64,000 nucleotides of DNA. Source: Ascidiella aspersa. Taxonomy: Eukaryota. The stretch is from positions 6,510,001 to 6,574,000 of the forward strand of contig OZ004610.1 of assembly GCA_963924565.1 (NCBI GenBank), in the 5' to 3' direction. Below the pieces are notes generated by a model. The model searched no databases. It was not told the origin of the DNA and saw only the letters and a program-made list of their open reading frames with translations. Of the stretch, positions 37,601 through 49,370 are shown piece by piece. Numbering within the stretch: position 1 is the stretch's first letter; each line of letters starts with the position of its first letter. The translations under genes and the position numbers were made by a program.

Positions 37601-38735
37601 CCTTAAGCACTAAGGCGTAAAGTTGATTTGACTGTAGTTCTTGCGGCCAGGGTTGTAACATGCTACAGTCGCCAGTAAAGGAGATACACCTCTGGGAAAC
37701 AGCCAGCAGAACTTTTTTTGGATTTGATCTCTTGGTTAGCAATTATGCCACTGTAAATATAATTCGTTACCCTTATACCAACTAAATCACTTATCCCCCA
37801 CGCTAAATCCTTTATGTTGGCATTTTGTCATATTGTCCATTAGCCGTAGTGTCTTGTGTGCCTTTAGTTTCGCTTCTCGTTTCGCGCTGCATTAAACCCC
37901 TAAAATATAAACAATTTTTTGCTTATTTTTTTATTTTTTTGCTTGGGCGTTGGGTTATTTATTACGAAACAATACTGCGCGTAAAATAACTGGTGATTTA
38001 TTCAGATTTCTACGAAGCTGCAAATACTAGCTTTGTGGTGAATAACATGGCGATGATTTGTTTGTTTCAGGAAGGAAATTTAAATAGTCCCATTATTTTT
38101 ATAGTATTGTGTCAGCTAATTTTTGTCAAATGGCATGTTATAACTTTGAAATATTTAAACTTACAAATGGTATGGTTTAGTGATGTTATGCTCGAAATGA
38201 ACGTACTCTTTACTACGCATAACGTACTGCCCTAGGAGTTCTATCGGTTCTTTCTTAATACTGAACTTGATTTGGTGCCTATCTACCATTGTTTCCGATC
38301 GACGTTTTCTATCTTGTAAGAAAATAAATAAACAAGCATAAACGTAGCTAACCTTTTAAAATACCGCTAAACGATACAATTGTGTCACATATTGACATGG
38401 AAATGTAATCTTAAATTGGATCGAACGGCCGACATGTTGCTCATAATATCAAATATCGATATCGGTAAATATGCCTACCAAATAATATGCGTCATTTCAA
38501 TATAGTCGTATAAGTAACTATAAGTAAAATAAACTCTTACTGAACAGATAATACAAAACACCCAACGCATTTAAATATTTAAATTAATATAATATTTTTT
38601 TACGTTTATATTGGCCATCACTAAATGCAAACCAAATACCTGTGTCGAATTGTAGCAGGTCGCGTAATGTAAGGTTAGAGCTTGCTGGATTCCACAGAGA
38701 AACAATATGGAACTAAGCGCGTTCAGCCGCGCCAT
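31694..38735 (-). CDS. GPX: secreted selenocysteine glutathione peroxidase 'GPx-B' (GPx3-like); exons 38735-38640, 36774-36622, 35517-35314, 33304-33180, 32419-32351, 31769-31694 (240 aa; 216 aa if it stops at 32347)
   Basis: Signal peptide MARLNALSSILFLCGIQQALT; VNVATY-TGA(36669-36667)-GLT; LAFPSNQFGLQEPG; YVRPGHGY; DITWNFNKFL; all splice phases consistent; SECIS in the 3'UTR. Confidence 0.93.
31715..32261. repeat. ~290-bp tandem duplication covering the acceptor and 5' part of the GPx-B terminal exon plus a GAGTC/GACTC MITE remnant
   Basis: gctcgcgcagccga..gagtctcccat.gttgaagtg.agct.aaaaagtaaa..gtatttcacc occurs at ~31715-31976 and ~32005-32261. Confidence 0.85.
33470..33796. mobile_element. 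hAT-type MITE
   Basis: TIRs cagtgattctcaacc / ggttgagaaccaccg; degenerate TSD cattgtat / cattatag; GGCACCC motifs. Confidence 0.75.
34407..34810. mobile_element. hAT-type MITE
   Basis: TIRs cagtggttcccaac / gttgggaaccactg; 7/8 TSD ggttacgg / gtttacgg; GGGTCGC repeats. Confidence 0.85.
36932..37461. mobile_element. hAT-type MITE (CGGCCCG family)
   Basis: caggggtcggaaacc..ggttgcctccctg ends; ggcccg subterminal motifs. Confidence 0.65.
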
Positions 38736-39173
38736 ATTGCCTATAATGCTGTTGCAGCTTAAAACAAAAGACCTTTAGTTTTCTACGAAGTCTGCAGTTT
38801 TTATTGAATAAGGAAGAGGGGTGTGTTAAAGCATGGGCGGATTGAGGATTGTGCTTGGGATTCATAGACATTTTTTAGAGAAATACTTCTCAACGCGATG
38901 TAATGTGTCGAGTGAGATTAAGAACTCGGCAGTTCCTGAGCAAAGTCAGATACATATGCATAGCTGAAGTCCTGTATCAATGGCCGCAAATCTATATAAA
39001 TCGGAATTCCACCCTAATTTCACTTTCGGCTTTAAGATCACGTTTATTAAATAAAAACCGCACTGTATTTTTTTTATTAAATTGTGCTTTACAAAACAAC
39101 ACAGCCTAGTACTATAGCCCTACATCTCTAAGGCAATGCACCGTTCGACCCGTTCAACTGAACAGCACAAATA

Positions 39174-39176
<3 letters not shown>

Positions 39177-39208
<32 letters not shown>
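39177..39208. repeat. (AT)16 microsatellite; (AT)17 copy at 41459-41492
   Basis: direct read. Confidence 0.95.
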
Positions 39209-39211
<3 letters not shown>

Positions 39212-40921
39212 GTGTTTAATCTGCGTTAAACTGACACAGACTGCTACATTATAGCTGCCATATATGCATGCTTGCTGACGATGGAACACTGTGTTAAACT
39301 GCAAGTTGGACCCTTCACTAGAAATTTTATTCCAATGCATTTCCTGCCTGACAATTCATTGACAGCAGAAAAAATTATTTCAGTACTTTCGAAGCAAAGC
39401 GGATCTAACAGAAAGCCACAATAATTTGATTCGTTCAACGCAACAGCGGGTACACCATGTAGCCCTAAAGCCAGATATTTGTCAATCAATATACTTGCTA
39501 ACTAAGCGGCTGTAGGCTACTCCAGAGCGACCCACTGGACTTTCAACGTTGTTCAAATTCTCGCTAAAATAAGCGCTCCCATTGAAAAAGTCGTCTCGTA
39601 TCCTGCAGGACTTATAGCTAGTTAGGAAGTTTATCGGTCTTTGCAACTTATAATTGCGAACCTTGGCCTTCTTTTAAATTGGGAAAATGAATCACGCAGA
39701 ATTTGACAACGTTTGACAATTCGTTCCAAATTCAAAATGACCGTTTAGAACAGTTGTCGGTGAACTGTGGGCCGCAGATCCATTTATAGTGGGCCGCGTG
39801 TTACTTTTGAATAGCTTAGTGGTATAATGTAGTTTTGGGCCGCGTGATAGCCGTACATTCATTGCATTTAATTTAAAAGTTAGCGTAGCATAGCATTTTG
39901 AACTTGACTCTTGGAAAGTCTCACGTGCCAAATAAGGTCCTGAAAACCCGTCGAACAATACTTTTGCAAACTTTAGCAGTATGTAATTGAAAACAATTTC
40001 GCGCTTCACGTATATGCTTCGTTTTATAGAATGTTTGACATTGTGGTATGGCATTTTTTGTCACAAAGTCGCCGTGTAATAATATTTCACCTTAATAACA
40101 AAAATCCTGAATCCGCCACTATTTTGTAGTGGTGTTACGTAGTTGACCTTCAATAACTCTAAAAATAATGCTTTGGGCCGCGACAAAAAAGTTTTTGGAC
40201 CACTGGTTTCGAAAGTACCCATTACAGGGCCGTGATCTAACATCTATAAATACTTTTAGTTAGCTTATATACTCAAGTATATTCTAAACCTGTCCTATTC
40301 ACACAGCAGATAAGCTGGCCGTACGAGTTCAGGCAAAGGCCTTAGCTCTCTTCGGGAACTTTAGGCTATACGGAGGCCAGTAAAGAAACAAACTGAGCGC
40401 TTGTAATTCAAATACGCAGAGGTAATTTCCATTTAACTATATTTGTTGTTTTGCAATGCAATACCAAAATCTAACTGTGTCTAAGCCGTTCCAGTAACCT
40501 TTAGGCTTGTTGCAAGTAGTCATTTTTAGCCCAAGTTAATAATCACATACCTTAATTTTGGCCTTATTCTGTCTACTTTAACTAGAAGAACAGTAGTAAC
40601 AGCCATGGTTCTTAAAAATGTTTTAAACTTGATATAGGCACTGTCCGGCAATACAATGTAAACCTATAGTAATTTATAACGCCCCTCTTTAAAATACACG
40701 ATTTCCTACTTTCCTTGTGTTTATATTCTGTAGGTTATAAAATCAACCTTTGGGTGCAAATATGAACTTAAATACTTTAGAAAAGCCATATGTCCGAACT
40801 AGGAAGTAAAATAAACTCTTACTGAACAGATAATACAAAACACCCAACGCATTTAAATATTTAAATTAATATAATATTTTTTTACGTTTATATTGGCCAT
40901 CACTAAATGCAAACCAAATAC

Positions 40922-41017
40922 CTGTGTCGAATTGTAGCAGGTCGCGTAATGTAAGGTTAGAGCTTGCTGGATTCCACAGAGAAACAATATGGAACTAAGC
41001 GCGTTCAGCCGCGCCAT
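40922..41017 (-). CDS. GPX: duplicate copy of GPx-B exon 1 (signal peptide)
   Basis: Identical to 38640-38735: MARLNALSSILFLCGIQQALTLHYATCYNSTQ|gtattt. Confidence 0.75.
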
Positions 41018-41455
41018 ATTGCCTATAATGCTGTTGCAGCTTAAAACAAAAGACCTTTAGTTTTCTACGAAGTCTGCAGTTTTTATTGAATAAGGAAGAG
41101 GGGTGTGTTAAAGCATGGGCGGATTGAGGATTGTGCTTGGGATTCATAGACATTTTTTAGAGAAATACTTCTCAACGCGATGTAATGTGTCGAGTGAGAT
41201 TAAGAACTCGGCAGTTCCTGAGCTAAGTCAGATACATATGCATAGCTGAAGTCCTGTATCAATGGCCGCAAATCTATATAAATCGGAATTCCACCCTAAT
41301 TTCACTTTCGGCTTTAAGATCACGTTTATTAAATAAAAACCGCACTGTATTTTTTTTATTAAATTGTGCTTTACAAAACAACACAGCCTAGTACTATAGC
41401 CCTACATCTCTAAGGCAATGCACCGTTCGACCCGTTCAACTGAACAGCACAAATA

Positions 41456-41495
<40 letters not shown>

Positions 41496-43860
41496 GTGTT
41501 TAATCTGCGTTAAACTGACACAGACTGCTACATTATAGCTGCCATATATGCATGCTTGCTGACGATGGAACACTGTGTTAAACTGCAAGTTGGACCCTTC
41601 ACTAGAAATTTTATTCCAATGCATTTCCTGCCTGACAATTCATTGACAGCAGAAAAAATTATTTCAGTACTTTCGAAGCAAAGCGGATCTAACAGAAAGC
41701 CACAATAATTTGATTCGTTCAACGCAACAGCGGGTACACCATGTAGCCCTAAAGCCAGATATTTGTCAATCAATATACTTGCTAACTAAGCGGCTGTAGG
41801 CTACTCCAGAGCGACCCACTGGACTTTCAACGTTGTTCAAATTCTCGCTAAAATAAGCGCTCCCATTGAAAAAGTCGTCTCGTATCCTGCAGGACTTATA
41901 GCTAGTTAGGAAGTTTATCGGTCTTTGCAACTTATAATTGCGAACCTTGGCCTTCTTTTAAATTGGGAAAATGAATCACGCAGAATTTGACAACGTTTGA
42001 CAATTCGTTCCAAATTCAAAATGACCGTTTAGAACAGTTGTCGGTGAACTGTGGGCCGCAGATCCATTTATAGTGGGCCGCGTGTTACTTTTGAATAGCT
42101 TAGTGGTATAATGTAGTTTTGGGCCGCGTGATAGCCGTACATTCATTGCATTTAATTTAAAAGTTAGCGTAGCATAGCATTTTGAACTTGACTCTTGGAA
42201 AGTCTCACGTGCCAAATAAGGTCCTGAAAACCCGTCGAACAATACTTTTGCAAACTTTAGCAGTATGTAATTGAAAACAATTTCGCGCTTCACGTATATG
42301 CTTCGTTTTATAGAATGTTTGACATTGTGGTATGGCATTTTTTGTCACAAAGTCGCCGTGTAATAATATTTCACCTTAATAACAAAAATCCTGAATCCGC
42401 CACTATTTTGTAGTGGTGTTACGTAGTTGACCTTCAATAACTCTAAAAATAATGCTTTGGGCCGCGACAAAAAAGTTTTTGGACCACTGGTTTCGAAAGT
42501 ACCCATTACAGGGCCGTGATCTAACATCTATAAATACTTTTAGTTAGCTTATATACTCAAGTATATTCTAAACCTGTCCTATTCACACAGCAGATAAGCT
42601 GGCCGTACGAGTTCAGGCAAAGGCCTTAGCTCTCTTCGGGAACTTTAGGCTATACGGAGGCCAGTAAAGAAACAAACTGAGCGCTTGTAATTCAAATACG
42701 CAGAGGTAATTTCCATTTAACTATATTTGTTGTTTTGCAATGCAATACCAAAATCTAACTGTGTCTAAGCCGTTCCAGTAACCTTTAGGCTTGTTGCAAG
42801 TAGTCATTTTTAGCCCAAGTTAATAATCACATACCTTAATTTTGGCCTTATTCTGTCTACTTTAACTAGAAGAACAGTAGTAACAGCCATGGTTCTTAAA
42901 AATGTTTTAAACTTGATATAGGCACTGTCCGGCAATACAATGTAAACCTATAGTAATTTATAACGCCCCTCTTTAAAATACACGATTTCCTACTTTCCTT
43001 GTGTTTATATTCTGTAGGTTATAAAATCAACCTTTGGGTGCAAATATGAACTTAAATACTTTAGAAAAGCCATATGTCCGAACTAGGCATAACTATGTGA
43101 TCAGACGTATTACATGGATAGCGCTGTGTATGGCTTCAAGATAACTCCGCCCGTGTAATAAATGGAAATATGTCTTCTAATACCCTTAGTTGGAAGCTAA
43201 TTAATGTTAAACCAAATTAGAATCAACTCGTGACGTGAGTCATCTGTCGTGCCCAAAGAGGCCTTACAACTATGAAGTTTAAATTACATTTTGCGGGCCT
43301 ACTTTTCCTATCTGAAAGCCGAAAAGATCAGCAGGCCTAAGACATTCCACTGAGTTGCTCATCGCTTCTTTGTAACCTATTCCTTCTAAGATATCTCCTT
43401 CTATGTATCCCTTAGCACAATATAGATTCTAGCCGCCTAAAAGCTGATCTCCATATGCAAAGTTCTGAGTTAGAGCGAGAAGAGTATTAGTTCCTTCCCT
43501 TCAAAGAATATTTGGAAAGCTCGCTTTTAGGATAGCTCTTGCTGCTTCGACTGACAATAGTTCTTAACAATCGACCTAAATTACAGGCTGTGATGCACAA
43601 GATTACGTCGTGTAGGCCAATGACTTGTATTGGTATTAAAATTATATTTGCTGCCTATTTCTTTAAATAGATTAGGGTTGGGCGTGGACAAATGCGAGTT
43701 CTAACGCAAATCAAAGGACATCTATGACGAAGTGGTCTTTAAAATATAGCTTTACATCTATCGAAACAACCCCTACAAAGATTTGTCAGTTGCCAACATG
43801 TTTTTACTCGACTGCCTAGAGGACCTCACAGAAAACCGCCGTTACCCCACATCAAGCATA

Positions 43861-44083
43861 CAGGGTGGGCCAAAAGTAGGCTTACAGTTATTCCACAGCG
43901 TTGGCTTGAAAGAAGAGGTAGCATTGAATGGCCACCACGCTCACCTGACCTGACATCAATGAATTTCTTTTTTGGGGATGTTGTAAAGAACAAGGTGTAT
44001 GAAAAGAACCTCAAAACAATAAATTTATTTTTAGACCCAGACCCTTACTTTTATAACTGTAAGTCTACTTTTGGCCCACTCTG
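43861..44083 (+). mobile_element. Tc1/mariner-derived MITE with a transposase remnant
   Basis: TA TSDs; TIRs cagggtgggccaaaagtag / ctacttttggcccactctg; internal PQRWLERRGSIEWPPRSPDLTSMNFFF..VKNKVY matches the WPPRSPDL motif. Confidence 0.88.
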
Positions 44084-45885
44084 TACATGCTGTCACTCTC
44101 ACGCCACTCACGCACAAAAATGAAATATATTCTCGGTGTTCTGCATTAAACTAAGATTACAAATTTGATAATCTCAGGGGAACCCTGGTGATTTTATGAA
44201 TAATTGTATTGACAACAACCAGGAAACGGCGCCGTCCACATCCAAATCCGGCATAGGATATGCATGTCCGTAATATAACGACTGCCCACTCATAATTCAA
44301 TATTATCGCGCCTAATGAAATTTTCTGCACCCATTTGCTTTGTTTATCTATCTGGGTTTATTCTTGTTTGTACCTTTTGTGAGTTACAAAAAAACTAATT
44401 TCAGCAAATTTATTTGTTTACAACATAGTAAACCTTTTAAGAGTTTTTTTTTTCAAACTGTAAATTTGTGACACACATCGATCAGTGAATTAACAATACT
44501 AAATGAATCGCATTAAAATGAATATAATAATCTTTATAATGTCAAAATACTGGCACTTTGTTATTATACAATAAAATACATCTTACTTTATTACCAAAAA
44601 GTTATCCAATTACCCTTTTTTGGCAATTATAACAGGCTAAGAATCACTGATTTAAGCTCTACGCATTTATACAACCTGTCAAACGTCGCTCTGGCGAATT
44701 ATCTTGGATTGACGAGTCTACATCGCTTTGCTAGACAGCAGATGTCAGTAGCCATAAGCCGTCAGGATGCTGCACAACCGAAATTAAGCGTGGAATCGTG
44801 CATATGCCAGGCGCCTTTACAATTATGACATCCGCCCGAAAGAACAGAGAGCCTCTGCCGCCTTATGGCAGGACTTGTATCAATGTTACTAGTTTTGGAT
44901 GAAAAAACGCGCTATCGGTAAATTAATCGGCCAGATCGATTATGTGCTACTCGAGTTATGTGCACACGTTTTCACCTTATTTTATATACAGTATATACAC
45001 AGATGTACAATTATTGTAAAATTAGCCTCGTCAGAAACCCACCCGGATTAACATGGAGGTGTTTTATTTGAAACATTACAGTATCATGTTTACAGATTTC
45101 ATTGAACGCAATATTATGTTTGTAGTTTCCGACGATTTATAAATAGTGTTTATGGACTTGTTTGTCTGTCGTTTCAACCAATCATCAGACACTGCCATGG
45201 TGCCTTTCAAGATTCTATTATACCGCTTCGCATGGCTTTGAAGTCAGCAAGACTGTTTGTCGCAATAACAGAAACCTTTAATAAACGACATTCAACCTTC
45301 TGTAACAATCTTCTAGCGTTTATTACTTTATAACGACATTCTTCCTTTCAATATTTATGTGTTTTTTTTAAATAAAAATAAATCTGATTCGTAATGCTTA
45401 AAAAATACTTTCGCGCTTCAACAAAATTACGATATACTTAAATATGCTGATAAACAACTATATTCGGTTATTATTTATCTCTAGCTTTAAATTAACTTGA
45501 ACCTTTAAACTAATTTGGGAAACTTTATCATAACATCGTGGATCAAGGCAAGAAAGGTGAACAAAATTTAACGCTTTTCGACAACGACTGTTCTCCATTT
45601 GTATACTGAACGAATGCTGTTGTATCTGAAATATAAGGGTAAACTTTAAATAGCCTAAAATGGCAAATGTTATAAACGAATTGTCGCCTACTCTACTCTG
45701 TTTGAAAGAGTACACGAAATGCAAAATCATGATTCTAACTAAAAACCTACGCTAATATGCCACGACTCTCACGGACTGCGAAAAAACAACACAAACATAT
45801 CTCACGTTGGAGTTTAATTTCCCCTAATTAAAACAAATTATCGCAAAAGCGCGCTGGAAATGACGAGACACTTCGGTGACGTCAC

Positions 45886-45923
45886 ACGTCATCGGGCGAA
45901 TGCACTAAATTCCCTGATGACGT
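45886..45923 (-). promoter_or_regulatory. conserved post-SECIS hairpin in the GPx-A 3'UTR
   Basis: ACGUCAUCAGGG-aauuuagugcauucg-CCCGAUGACGU; contains AGUGCAUUCGCCC. Confidence 0.55.
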
Positions 45924-45937
45924 CAACAATCTCCTGG

Positions 45938-46005
45938 GTGGTCCCTAAATCGGCCCCAACCCGACTGCCAGCGGCAGTTTACGGGTGAGGCGTCACAGAC
46001 TTTCC
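45938..46005 (-). promoter_or_regulatory. SECIS element (type II, GUGA core) of GPx-A
   Basis: GUGAC-GCCUCACCCG-U-AAA-CUGCC(GCU)GGCAG-U-CGGGUUGGGGC-CGAU; core spans 45996-45949, about 60 nt after the TAA. Confidence 0.9.
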
Positions 46006-46056
46006 GGGCGTTGGCGCTAAAGAGCTTCTTGGGAGTTGATATTTCGGTTGAAATTT

Positions 46057-49000
46057 TTATTTCATGAGAAGGTCGTCGACCCAGTTGGTGAGGATGCTGG
46101 CCAGAGGCCCGCTTCCGAATCGCCACCTGGAAAAGATAAAAATATGATTTAAGAGCGTATTTACTACTGGGGGCAAAAATACTGTCTAAACTTGGCGAAT
46201 CACATGGGGAAAACTAATTACTTCCTTTCATTTACATGCACCCTGTCTAAAGGCAAACAATGCTTCGTAATTTAAAAAATGTTATTCGGTGTATGCTGTT
46301 GGCTGTTGTTTTTTGGCAAAAAACAAAAAGCGTTTTCGTTGACTCTAAACGGCGAGATTTGGCTTTCACGTTTGCTGACCTCATTCATGTGCTAAGCGAG
46401 TAAGCCCGATACTTTCCTTAGCAGATGTCTAATATTTATAAGAAATGTAGGGCGTCAGATCCGACTTTCACAAGAAAGCAGTATAAACGTGAGCGTTGTC
46501 GCAACAGTTGTAGCCCATATGTTTGTTCCTTGCAGTGTAACGTACCTCGGGATACCTTCCTTATCCAGCAGAAACTTGTTGAAGTTCCAGTAGATATCGT
46601 TGGCCTTGATGGGCGACCAGTAAAGTTCGCTCGTGATGCCGATGTTGGGGCTGGTGGGAGGACACGACGCCTGAAAGACAGAAATCGTTGTTTTATGGTC
46701 ATGCATAACCTCTTTGGTGTTGTTTGACTTAAGCGTAGCTTTGGTTTAAAAATAATTGGGAAGCTAAGCAAGTCATTGGTCAAATTCAATAAGTACAACA
46801 ACAAGCTTTTTAAATTTAACATATATATTTTAGGTGATTTAACTAAATTAAGAACTACTCAGGAATGGTTGGAGGTTGTAGTAAGATATAGTAAGAATAT
46901 CAAAGCCCAAACAGAAGTAGATATTATTGTAAATGTTTCAAATAACTCTTTTATTCATTTTCAATCTGTTTAAATGTGAAATTTTAACGTTAAGTGATGA
47001 TAAGACAAGTACGATGATACAAGTTTTGGCTTTAAGATTCATTTACAAGCTACATTACAGATCCGTGAATAGTGTATGTCACGATTAGTCTGCATTTTTT
47101 TTAAAGCTGTAAAAGTAGTAAAACCATTGGTGGAACACAACGGTAGAATTCTGCTCAAACCTCTCAGCCAATCGGTTCGTCAGCTGTACCTACATAATAA
47201 AGCCATACATCTATTCACACCTTCAAGTTGGTAAAGAAGGGTTCCTCCGTTGCCCCGTTCACTTCGCTCTTGGCGAAGAAGAAGATCTTCTTGTTGGGCA
47301 CGAATCCGTGTCCCGGCCTCACGTATTTGACGCTGTTGACAATCTCGTCGTTGGCGTCTGGTTGCTGCAAACCAAACTGGTTGCAGGGAAAGGCGAGCAC
47401 CACAACTGGTTTGTTGGTGTATTGCTGCGCGAGAGGTCATAATAGTTATTATAATGACGTAGGCTACTTGGAAGCAATATTTGTAATATCCTGGGTCAAT
47501 GTTAATTGTTTTGAAATATTGTGTTAACTTGATTGAAATCTTTAACGCAAAATTGCTTTATTTTTACCAAAAATATTGGGACCCTTGGGTTGAACAAAGT
47601 GAAAAGATTTTCCTAATTGGAAAATTGTTTTTCCAAGTAGTAAATCTTTTGCTAATGACTTATTTATCTTTGTAAATTGTTTTGGGAATCTAAAAAATTA
47701 ATCGTTTCTTTGTTTGGCAATTTCGATTTGATGTCAATGATTTAACTGGGATGACTAGAACCATAACTAATAGTAATGAATTCTGTTAAAAATATAGGAG
47801 GTTGTGAAACAAACCGAATGTATTTAAAACGCTGTAATTGTCCGGCTGGTAAAGGCAGTGTAGCTTATAAACAGAGGTTTCGGTATTTTTGTAATAAAGC
47901 GTTTAATCTCAGCGAAAATTTGGAGTTTTTGCTGTCACGAAAATACAAAAAAACAGTCTTGCACTTACCTCAAGTAGTGCATTCAGGCCCTTGTACTGGG
48001 GCGCAGTCTGGCCTCAGTAGGTGGCCACGTTGATTACAAGGGAAACGTTGCCCCGAAATTCGTCCAGGCTCACCATGTTACCCATGAGGTCGGTGAACTT
48101 CTGGTCGTACACCGAAAACTACAAGTGAGAAAAATATGTCTGAAGTTTTTAAAGGGGTGGTTGTCCACGTTTGTGGATATAGTCACACATTTTTAAAGGT
48201 CTCGTGATGAAAAATACAGGTTTTAAGTTTTAATCATGTTAAAAATCAGCAGTTGGTAGAGAAAAATAACTGCGAAGATTCCACTCATAGCAATATTTGT
48301 TTCTATTGTACCTGAAATAAATGCCTTTATTTAGGCAGGAAATAAAGATTTTTGTTTGTAAGAACAAAATTGGGACAGTATTTCAATGAGAATTTATCAA
48401 CGATCGTTCGCCAAGGAGTGTTTTTTATTTTCTTGTTTTGCAAAACAAAATTATTTTAGGAACATTACACGTTATATATGGCATAATAAAGCCGTACAAT
48501 TGTCTAGGTGTGTTGATTGTTTCGTATACAGCGAAGTTGAAACACAGTAAATGAGCTGGATTAACTCCAACCAAAATGTAACGGGTTTTAATACAAAAAT
48601 TAGGGTCAAATTTACAGCGTTTTGTTTAAAGTTTAGTGCCATTGCCTCTGAAAAACACATTATAAATGTCCATCATCTTTTTTTTAAATAAAGACATTTT
48701 GATCTGATCAAATGATAAATAAACAACACTGATTGGCCTAGTTCAGTGGTTGCCAAACTTTTTTATTTCGTGGCCTAATTTTTTTTACAAAGCAGATCGA
48801 AGCCCATCGTTTTTTTCACCTCTGGTAATGCCTATTACATATTCATTACCAAAAGTTTGCCAATATTATAAGGATTTTTGTTCCTTGCAACAATTGGAGC
48901 TTTAATAAGTTCCAGTGTGTCAAAGTTAAACAACTCGCACGCACAGTTTTCACAAGACATTTTAAGTACGCCAAAAATATTTTAGTACCACTATTTTAGT

Positions 49001-49370
49001 ACTATAGTAGCATTATTTTCAAATAGCACTATGGCCCACTTAAAATAGACTCACGGTCAACTACTGGGCCATGGCCCACAGTTTGGGAACCACTGGCCTA
49101 GTAGTTTAACATTTAAGTTTACAAAAATAGGAAGAATGGTTTGCTGCCTCATATCAATGGCAAAATTATCCCCCATAAAATTTGCCACATTACCGATACC
49201 GACAAATTGTCTTAAAATCTTGACTAGCATTCGCACCACCGTGCTTTATTAGGTCAAAGTACAAATTATCCTACCTTTGCATCACTAAAACATGTTGAGT
49301 TTTCCACTTGTGCCGCTGTGGCCAGGCCACACAGCAGCAGTAAGGACGGCAGAGCGCTTGATAGCGCCAT
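46057..49370 (-). CDS. GPX: secreted selenocysteine glutathione peroxidase 'GPx-A' (GPx3-like), 214 aa; exons 49370-49275, 48118-47969, 47424-47221, 46670-46546, 46126-46057
   Basis: Signal peptide [20 protein letters not shown]; INVATY-TGA(48016-48014)-GQT; [13 protein letters not shown]; YVRPGHGF; [10 protein letters not shown]; same exon phases and near-identical exon sizes as GPx-B; SECIS downstream. Confidence 0.95.
48744..49095. mobile_element. hAT-type MITE in GPx-A intron 1
   Basis: TIRs cagtggttgccaaact / agtttgggaaccactg; 7/8 TSD gcctagtt / gcctagta. Confidence 0.82.

Larger units (their letters stand above)
38522..43087. repeat. near-identical tandem duplication (38522-40803 and 40804-43087) containing GPx-B exon 1 and its upstream region
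   Basis: Only two differences seen: an A/T substitution (38942 vs 41224) and (AT)16 vs (AT)17; the ORF track shows identical ORF pairs offset by 2284. Confidence 0.97.

Noticed and set aside
39244-42527. Identical ORF pairs (81, 120 and 60 aa) as duplicated genes
   Set aside because: No recognisable motifs; identity merely reflects the 2.28-kb duplication of non-coding DNA.
45882-45926. Second SECIS in the GPx-A UTR (UUGAC..AA..)
   Set aside because: The 3' GA of the quartet is out of register; reported instead as a non-SECIS conserved hairpin.
36667-48016. GPx genes as pseudogenes because of in-frame TGA
   Set aside because: The TGA is at the catalytic position in both genes and each has a SECIS.
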